From positions 480,001 to 544,000 of the forward strand of contig OZ240248.1 of NCBI GenBank assembly GCA_965198235.1: DNA of 64,000 nt, in the 5' to 3' direction. Shown here one piece after another: positions 57,464 to 64,000 of this stretch. Numbering within the stretch: position 1 is the stretch's first letter; every line of letters starts with the position of its first letter. The position numbers and the translations under genes are program-made. Source of the DNA: Candidatus Poribacteria bacterium (GTDB lineage: Bacteria; Poribacteria; WGA-4E; WGA-3G). Under the pieces are notes generated by a model. It saw only the letters and a program-made list of their open reading frames with translations, did not search any database and had not been told where the DNA came from.

Positions 57464-59422
57464 TTAACGATAATCCGGATGTATCCAGAGTTCACTCGCC
57501 TTTTTGCGTGCGGCGAACCAATTCAAATATATTTCCCGTTTTTTTGCTTGAATGAGGGCTTGACGATGCCGGGCTTTCTCAGCCGGGTCCATTTGGAACG
57601 TTTCAATGTCTGGTTCTTCCCTTTCAATGAGTTGAACAATGTAGACGGCGTTGTTGCCTTTGAAGGGACCACCAATGTCATCAACCTTCATCCGAAATGC
57701 TGCGAACATAGTTTCAGACGAACTTCCCATACCGGCAATATAATCGCTGTTTGGGCCGAGCGCGAACAAGTTGCTTTCTTGGACAGAAAGCCGGTCTGTC
57801 GCTAAGCCGTCAGGAGCATCATACTTTTCCAATAAGGCATCCAAGGATGTGGTATCTGCACGTTTATTGAACAGGTTTTGTGCATCCGTAAAGGCACGCT
57901 CCTTAGATTTTTCCGTCTTCAGATCGCTGAAAACCTGTGGTATGATTTCCGAAAAAGGTGGGACAGTCGCCGGTTTTTTTTCAAAAACGGTGGCGACAAA
58001 ATAGGCTTCCACCCGTTCTCCATCCGATTTTTTCGCCTCAATAACCTTTATTACGTTCACTTCCATATCAAAGAGTTCTTCGATTAACCCGTGATAGCCC
58101 CATCTTGCACCAATCTGTGGGATAGTTGTAACATCACGGCTGAAGAACCCGGTTTCCAGCGCAATGAGGGAAAGTTCCTTATATCTTTCAAGTGCAAGAG
58201 CCGCTTCATAGTCCTGAATTTCGATTTCATACAGAAGGTCAGACGCAACTTCTTTTGCCTCATCAACGCCGCTTACTTGAACGAGTTTTTGTCGGATGTC
58301 GTATTGGACCTGGTCGAACGGTTGAACTTCTGGTGCTCTCTTCTCCTCTAATTTGATGATGTGATACCCGAATGACGTTTCGACCAAGCCACTGACTTCT
58401 CCCGGTTCCAAGATGTCGAAGGCTGTTTCCTCAAAGGGTTTCACCATGTCACCACGTGCGAAGTAGTCACCGGGTGGAAGCTTTGGGTTTCCACCTCTCA
58501 ATGCACCACCTTGGACACTGGAAGGTCCCTCTGAATGCGTCATTGCCAGTTCGGCGAAATCTGCACCTGCTGAGAGTTCTGCGTTGATAGTTTTGAGAAG
58601 TTCCTCTGCAGCAGTTTTGGTTTCTGCCTTTTGTTCGTCGGTTGCGTTATCAGGAAACTTTTTCAAGATATGGCGTGCTTTAACCACTTCCAGTGTCGTA
58701 AACTCCGCTTGGTTTTCCTCATAATACGTAGCAACGTCTTCGTCTGAAACGAGATCGGCAGGATTCACCCTGATAAACTTTACATTCACCTGTTCTTCCG
58801 ATTTATAGTTCTTCCGATTTTTCTCAAAGTACGCCTCTGCTTCTGTTTCATCTACCTCAGCTGTTGCGGTATAATCACTATGCTTAAATTCAATAAATTT
58901 AACTTTTGCCTTGTCTGATTCAAGTCGATATGCTTGTTCTGCCTCAGTATCGGTTACCAACTCAAGTGATTGGACACTATCTCGGAGTGCAGTGGAACTG
59001 AGTAGTAAACGAATATTCTCTGTGTAGAGGTCTGCTGCCCCGAATTGTTGGTAAAGATTGTACCGCTCGACTCGGCGTGCGTCACTTCGGATGTAGCGTT
59101 CTATTTCAGCATGACCGATATCTTCACTTCCTTCAATGGTTTGTTGTACCCAGCGATCGATTACCGATTTTTGGGTTGCCTCTCGGTCAGGCGCGCCGAA
59201 CCTCTGGTTCCGTCTTTGAGTTTCCAAGGCATTGGCGACAGCACTTTCAAATTCTTCGCGTTTGACTTCTGTGTTATTAATCCTGAGAATGACTTCTCCC
59301 TCGGGACCTTCACCGCCGCCCCGCGTATTGCTGTAGAGGAACACTGTCCCCACAAGGAACACAATGGCGATTATCCACATAAAGAGTTGCGCAATAAATT
59401 TTTCGCGTAGAAAGATAATCAT
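57464..59422 (-). CDS. PpiD-like membrane-anchored parvulin PPIase/chaperone
   Basis: N-terminal TM, SurA-like N-domain, VKARHIL, F.ELA..HSE, MV.PFE, VETSFGYHIIK. Confidence 0.88.
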   Translation of the reverse strand: MIIFLREKFIAQLFMWIIAIVFLVGTVFLYSNTRGGGEGPEGEVILRINNTEVKREEFESAVANALETQRRNQRFGAPDREATQKSVIDRWVQQTIEGSEDIGHAEIERYIRSDARRVERYNLYQQFGAADLYTENIRLLLSSTALRDSVQSLELVTDTEAEQAYRLESDKAKVKFIEFKHSDYTATAEVDETEAEAYFEKNRKNYKSEEQVNVKFIRVNPADLVSDEDVATYYEENQAEFTTLEVVKARHILKKFPDNATDEQKAETKTAAEELLKTINAELSAGADFAELAMTHSEGPSSVQGGALRGGNPKLPPGDYFARGDMVKPFEETAFDILEPGEVSGLVETSFGYHIIKLEEKRAPEVQPFDQVQYDIRQKLVQVSGVDEAKEVASDLLYEIEIQDYEAALALERYKELSLIALETGFFSRDVTTIPQIGARWGYHGLIEELFDMEVNVIKVIEAKKSDGERVEAYFVATVFEKKPATVPPFSEIIPQVFSDLKTEKSKERAFTDAQNLFNKRADTTSLDALLEKYDAPDGLATDRLSVQESNLFALGPNSDYIAGMGSSSETMFAAFRMKVDDIGGPFKGNNAVYIVQLIEREEPDIETFQMDPAEKARHRQALIQAKKREIYLNWFAARKKASELWIHPDYR

Positions 59423-59519
59423 GTCTTAAAGGTATCTCCTGAATATAATACAAGGAATGAATTTGGTCTATTCCCAGACCAAATTCGGTTTCTATTACTT
59501 TACAGACAAAGGTGTTAAT

Positions 59520-59548
59520 ATTATACACATAAACAGGCGAAATGTCAA
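59520..59548 (-). promoter_or_regulatory. Consensus sigma70 promoter of the PpiD-like gene
   Basis: TTGACA-17-TATAAT. Confidence 0.75.
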
Positions 59549-59808
59549 ATTATCGTAAATCCACTGATTCTTCGGAGACAGTCGTAAGATTTACTGGAAT
59601 AGGCGGTTTTTATACTTGTATGCAGTGAGGGTTGAAACGAAATAGGTTTATAGAATTCGTCTTATTCAGGCATCAGATAGCCGAAAACAAATCGGATTTT
59701 GGGGATTCAGAATAAAAATTTGCTAATTTTTCAAATTTGCTATATACTAATTAGCAAATATCAAGGGCGTTGCTTGTATGTCCTTATCAAAACTCAGCAA
59801 GACACACG

Positions 59809-60729
59809 ATGCAGATTCGGGATGCAACAGATTTTAGTTTGAAATATACCTTAGAATCGGGACAGTCGTTTCGATGGAATCGAATGGATGATGCCTATTA
59901 CGGTGTCGTGGAGGGACGCATCCTCAAAATTTGTCAAGTAGGAACTACTTTGCGTGTTGAGAGTTCTACCACCGAGGATAAGACTACCTTCATACCATTT
60001 CTCCAACACTATCTTGACCTTGGACGCGATGTTCCAAATATCCTTGCCGAAGTAGCCAATGATGCCTATATGCATCGGACAATTGAGAAACTTTGGGGGA
60101 TGCGCATTCTCAACCAAGAGCTCTGGGAAACGGTGGCATCGTTTATTCTATCTCAGAACAACAATGTATCCCGGATTCGTGGGATTATCCGCCGACTCTC
60201 CGAGCGCTTTGGCGAACAGTTGACGCTTGCACGTTACGTGGATTATAGTTTTCCGAGTCCAGAAGCACTTGCAACCACAACAGAGGATGAACTTCTCGCG
60301 TGTGGTGTCGGCTATCGAGCAAGCTATCTTCGAGATGCTGCGGCAGCAGTTGTTAGTGGTGAACTTGTGCTCACGGCGATGAAGGAAATGTCGTATCCTG
60401 AGGCAAAGCGTGAATTAATGCGCCAAAAAGGTATAGGTGAGAAGGTAGCCGATTGTATCTGTCTATTTTCGCTTGGACATCTTGCAGCACTACCGATTGA
60501 TGTTTGGATAAAACGAATCTTTGAGACACTTTATCTGCGTCGGCGTGCTACGTATCATGAGATACGCGAGTTCGCGCACACCTACTTCGGGGATCGCGTG
60601 GGGTACGCGCAGCAGTACCTTTTTCACTACGTCCATGAATGTCCAGATTGGGCGGATGCTGAGCACCTATCGCTGATTGAAACGAGTGTTACTGCTACGG
60701 TGGAGAATCGTAAATCCGCCGCGAATTAA
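59809..60729 (+). CDS. 8-oxoguanine DNA glycosylase (OGG1 type)
   Basis: TLESGQSFRW, G.RIL.Q, SFI.SQNNN..RI, G.GYRA, HhH GIGEKVADC, PIDVW, GYAQQYLF. Confidence 0.92.
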   Translation: MQIRDATDFSLKYTLESGQSFRWNRMDDAYYGVVEGRILKICQVGTTLRVESSTTEDKTTFIPFLQHYLDLGRDVPNILAEVANDAYMHRTIEKLWGMRILNQELWETVASFILSQNNNVSRIRGIIRRLSERFGEQLTLARYVDYSFPSPEALATTTEDELLACGVGYRASYLRDAAAAVVSGELVLTAMKEMSYPEAKRELMRQKGIGEKVADCICLFSLGHLAALPIDVWIKRIFETLYLRRRATYHEIREFAHTYFGDRVGYAQQYLFHYVHECPDWADAEHLSLIETSVTATVENRKSAAN

Positions 60730-60756
60730 TAAATATACCACTTTGGAGGAATTAAT

Positions 60757-61158
60757 ATGTCTGACGCATTAGAACAAAGTATTGTATCACTGCTGGAGGA
60801 ACGTGTTGAACTTGCGATTTCAACTGTTCAGGAATTGAGAGCAGACAAGTTGGAACTTGAGGCTGAAAATGCCCGGCTCAACAGTGGTTTACTGCAACGC
60901 GATGCACAGATTCAGGATCTTGAAGATCGTAATAGCGACCTTAGGGAAGAACTTGATTCAGAGCGTGCAGCCACCTCGGATGAACGATCAGAGATCCGCG
61001 AGAGACTTGAAGGTTTGATGGATGTCCTTATTGCATCAGATGAAAGTCCGGTAGATACAAACAATGAAATCACTTTCGAGGCAGAGACTGATGAATCGGA
61101 CGGCGAGGCAGCTGAAGCTGAGAAGTCAATGCGTCCGAGAGTCTTTGGGAGTATTTAG
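60757..61158 (+). CDS. ZapB-like coiled-coil protein with acidic tail
   Basis: LEERVELAI.TV..L....ELE.EN...ERLEGL; GGAGG RBS. Confidence 0.6.
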   Translation: MSDALEQSIVSLLEERVELAISTVQELRADKLELEAENARLNSGLLQRDAQIQDLEDRNSDLREELDSERAATSDERSEIRERLEGLMDVLIASDESPVDTNNEITFEAETDESDGEAAEAEKSMRPRVFGSI

Positions 61159-61172
61159 AGACTTAATTACTC

Positions 61173-62324
61173 GTGCGTGTCTTAGTCCTTTCTCATTCCT
61201 ACATTATGAAGCCGTACCGACAAAAGTTCGCTCTCATTGCGGAACGTCCGGATGTCACGTTACGGGTTGTGGTTCCTGCACGTTGGTATGAAAGTTTCCA
61301 AGATATTGTCTTTGAACCAGACTCGGACACGCCGTGTGAAGAATTCCCGTGTCCAATCCGATTCTCGGGGTACGGCAGTCGTTTTTACTACCGCCATGGT
61401 GTGAAGTCCCACTTCCGAGATTTTCAACCGGATATTATCCACTTAGAGGAGGAGGCGTGGAGCCTCAACGCACTACAGACAGTTCGGTTGAAACGGAAAT
61501 ATTGTCCAAACAGTTGTTTTATTTTTCGAACATCACTTAGTATACCGACCAAACAGCGGTTTGGCTTTTTGCCTGTGTGGATTGAACGCCGTGTCTTTCG
61601 AGAAACGGATAGAGCTTTCCCGCTGAGTGTGAATGCTGGTAAGATTCTAACCCAACGAGGTTACACCGGACAACAAACCCCGTTCCCGAATGGAGTTGAC
61701 GTGCGGCATTTCTATAAAATGGATGTCAGCAAGTTGAAGAATTCATTGCAGCTTAGCGACTGTTTTGTGGTTGGTTACGTCGGCAGATTGCTTCAGATGA
61801 AGGGAATAGATACGCTTCTTGAGGCTGCGGCACACCTTGTAAGCCAGGATACGACGCGCACATATAAACTTTTAATCGTTGGGCAAGGTGAAGATAAACA
61901 TAGTTTTCAAAAAACTGCCGAAACCCTTGGAATTTCTGGACATATTGTGTGGATAGACGCCGTGCCCCCAGAAGAGGTAGCCGCCTATATTAATTGTATG
62001 GATACACTGGTTCTGCCATCTCGGACAACAACCGGATGGGTAGAATTCTTCGGTAGGGTGCTTATCGAGGGAATGGCATGCGAAGTGCCGGTTGTCGGTT
62101 CAGATTCTGGCGAAATTCCACACGTGATTGATAGCGCGGGACTTGTTTTCCCTGAGGACGACATAGAGGCTTTGGCAGAACAGATACATCGCATCGCGAG
62201 CGATGCCTGTCTTCGGAACGATTTAGTTGAAGGTGGGCTTAACCGCGTCAAGGATTTTACATGGGAGACGATTGCGGAGCAGACCTATCAGGTATATCAG
62301 GAGTTGCTTGAGGGTGCTTCGTAG
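61173..62324 (+). CDS. Glycosyltransferase family 4
   Basis: PDIIH.EEE, PNGVD, GYVGRL..KG, EFFGRVLIEGMA. Confidence 0.92.
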   Translation: MRVLVLSHSYIMKPYRQKFALIAERPDVTLRVVVPARWYESFQDIVFEPDSDTPCEEFPCPIRFSGYGSRFYYRHGVKSHFRDFQPDIIHLEEEAWSLNALQTVRLKRKYCPNSCFIFRTSLSIPTKQRFGFLPVWIERRVFRETDRAFPLSVNAGKILTQRGYTGQQTPFPNGVDVRHFYKMDVSKLKNSLQLSDCFVVGYVGRLLQMKGIDTLLEAAAHLVSQDTTRTYKLLIVGQGEDKHSFQKTAETLGISGHIVWIDAVPPEEVAAYINCMDTLVLPSRTTTGWVEFFGRVLIEGMACEVPVVGSDSGEIPHVIDSAGLVFPEDDIEALAEQIHRIASDACLRNDLVEGGLNRVKDFTWETIAEQTYQVYQELLEGAS

Positions 62325-62367
62325 GTTGGTGACTGGAATTAGAATCTGGAAACATGGAAAGGGAACA

Positions 62368-62451
62368 TGCCCCCGACTGGACTCGAACCAGCATGCCAAT
62401 TAAGGCACAGGCCCTCAACCTGCTGTGTATACCAAATTCCACCACAGGGGC
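62368..62451 (-). tRNA. tRNA-Leu (GAG)
   Basis: GCCCCTG/CGGGGGC acceptor, loop TTGAGGG, long variable arm. Confidence 0.93.
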
Positions 62452-62463
62452 ATCGTATGGTTA

Positions 62464-62492
62464 ATTATACTTTACTTGGGTAGCAATGTCAA
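62464..62492 (-). promoter_or_regulatory. Consensus sigma70 promoter of tRNA-Leu
   Basis: TTGACA-17-TATAAT. Confidence 0.85.
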
Positions 62493-62569
62493 ATTTTTTT
62501 GGGGAGGATTTAAAAAAATAACGGTCGTGATTATCTCTCACGATGTTTACAGTTTTTTGGACAACAAAT

Positions 62570-64000
62570 ATGGACCCTTCTACATCGGCACTTGAACAAC
62601 AATTATCTAATACGCTTGCAGGAGAGGTGCGCTTTGATCAGTATTCTAAGGCACTCTATAGCACAGACGCGAGCCTCTACCAAATACAGCCGATAGGTGT
62701 TGTAATCCCGAAAGATAGCCAAGATGTTATTAAGACTGTGCAAATCGCAGCAGAACGCAACATTCCAATCCTTCCACGCGGTGGCGGCACGAGTCTCGCT
62801 GGACAGAGCGTCGGTGAGGCAATCGTGTTGGACATGTCCAAATATATGAATCAACTGCTTGAGGTAAATGTTTCCGAGCGTTGGGCGCGCGTGCAACCCG
62901 GTATTGTCTTAGACGAATTGAACCATAAGTTAAAATCTCACGGCTTGATGTATGCCCCTGATGTTGCCACGAGCAGTCGAGCGAACGTCGGTGGCACCAT
63001 CGGAAATAACTCCGCGGGTTCGCACTCCCTCATCTATGGTAAAACCATTGATCACGTCATGTCGCTTGACTTAGTCCTTTCCAACGCTGATGAAATCACA
63101 GCATCCCCCATTTCCATTGCAGAATTAGAGACTAAAAAACAGGGAGACACATTAGAGGCAAACATCTATCGTGAACTTTGTCGAGTGTGTACGAACAACG
63201 AAGCTGAGATCCGTAAACGTTATCCTCGTATCTTGCGTCGCGTTGCGGGTTACAACCTTGATGAGTTTATTCCAAACGCTGGTTCAAAAGAGGTTACACC
63301 TTATTGTCGCGATGGATGTGATGAAGACCATCCGTTTAGTTTGACGAAAATCCTTGTCGGTTCTGAAGGCACACTTGCAACAACTACTGAGGCAACGGTG
63401 AACCTCGTTCCAATTCCTCAATTGACCGCTCTGTGTGTCGTCCATTTCGAGTCACTTGTTGGCTCTATGGAGGCGATGCAACCTATCCTGGAATGTAACC
63501 CGACTGCCGTAGAACTTATAGACAAAACAATCCTTGATATGGCTCGGGATTCATTGGAATTTTCACGGCTTACCACTTTCATACAAGGCGAACCTACTGC
63601 ATTGCTTGCCGTTGAATTTTACGGTGAGACACGAGCGGAATTGGAGTCGCAGTTAGATAGGCTTGAAAAGACGTTGAAAAGCACGGATTTTGGTTATGCA
63701 TTCGTGCGCTGTTTCACCGCTGAGGAGAAGTCACGCGTCTGGGAGACTCGGAAAGCTGGGCTTGGGTTGTTGATGGGTATGAAGGGTGATGCGAAACCGG
63801 TTGGTTTCGTCGAAGATGCCGCGGTGTCGATAGAGAATTTACCGGAATACATCCGCCGATTTGACGAGATTGTCACATCACATGATACCACTGCTGCCTA
63901 CTACGCGCATGCGAGCGTTGGGCTATTGCACAACCGTCCTATTGTCAACCTCAAATCCGAAACCGATATTCAGAAAATGCACGACATTGCCCGCGAGGTT
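62570..64000 (+). CDS. FAD-binding oxidoreductase (FAD-linked oxidase, YdiJ-like), 3'-truncated and absent from the ORF track
   Basis: Hand translation: GEVRFD...LYSTDASLYQ..P.GVV.P, PRGGGTSLAGQ, VGGTIGNNSAG, GYNLD, VGSEGTL, HASVGLLH; alternative ATG 62543. Confidence 0.9.
   Translation, partial: MDPSTSALEQQLSNTLAGEVRFDQYSKALYSTDASLYQIQPIGVVIPKDSQDVIKTVQIAAERNIPILPRGGGTSLAGQSVGEAIVLDMSKYMNQLLEVNVSERWARVQPGIVLDELNHKLKSHGLMYAPDVATSSRANVGGTIGNNSAGSHSLIYGKTIDHVMSLDLVLSNADEITASPISIAELETKKQGDTLEANIYRELCRVCTNNEAEIRKRYPRILRRVAGYNLDEFIPNAGSKEVTPYCRDGCDEDHPFSLTKILVGSEGTLATTTEATVNLVPIPQLTALCVVHFESLVGSMEAMQPILECNPTAVELIDKTILDMARDSLEFSRLTTFIQGEPTALLAVEFYGETRAELESQLDRLEKTLKSTDFGYAFVRCFTAEEKSRVWETRKAGLGLLMGMKGDAKPVGFVEDAAVSIENLPEYIRRFDEIVTSHDTTAAYYAHASVGLLHNRPIVNLKSETDIQKMHDIAREV

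Noticed and set aside
62324-62570. tRNA-Leu as an integration site for an island
   Set aside because: No integrase and no duplicated tRNA 3' end seen in the window

Overview
A 64-kb bacterial chromosomal window with no prophage, transposase, rRNA or CRISPR array. Gene content (five Cys-type sulfatases, three PhyH dioxygenases, three Gfo/Idh/MocA and three Zn-dependent dehydrogenases, a LamG protein ending VEPxGKLATTWGxLK) suggests Candidatus Poribacteria; this is an inference. The left half is catabolic, with many GTAG-type REP palindromes and small composite repeats between genes. The middle holds a terminator-closed operon of a 1922-aa Ig-repeat protein with a T9SS-CTD/FlgD-like tail, a PorV-like beta-barrel and a LysM/coiled-coil membrane tether, preceded by a structured leader. 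It also holds a heme operon (hemE, MBL-TPR hydrolase, hemH, hemY, pentaheme cytochrome c). The right part holds the tRNA-rpmG-secE-nusG-rplKAJL cluster without tuf or rpoBC, then rpoZ, mqnC, a PpiD-like chaperone, OGG1, a ZapB-like protein, GT4, tRNA-Leu and a truncated FAD oxidoreductase. Most notable leads: the T9SS-like three-gene module, an RDD-PspA (membrane-anchored ESCRT-III-like) fusion, an L10 with four predicted L12-dimer sites, an odd MBL enzyme inside the heme operon, an AccA-like pseudoenzyme and a SecE with a two-TM insertion. All family calls come from motif recognition by eye; no searches were run.
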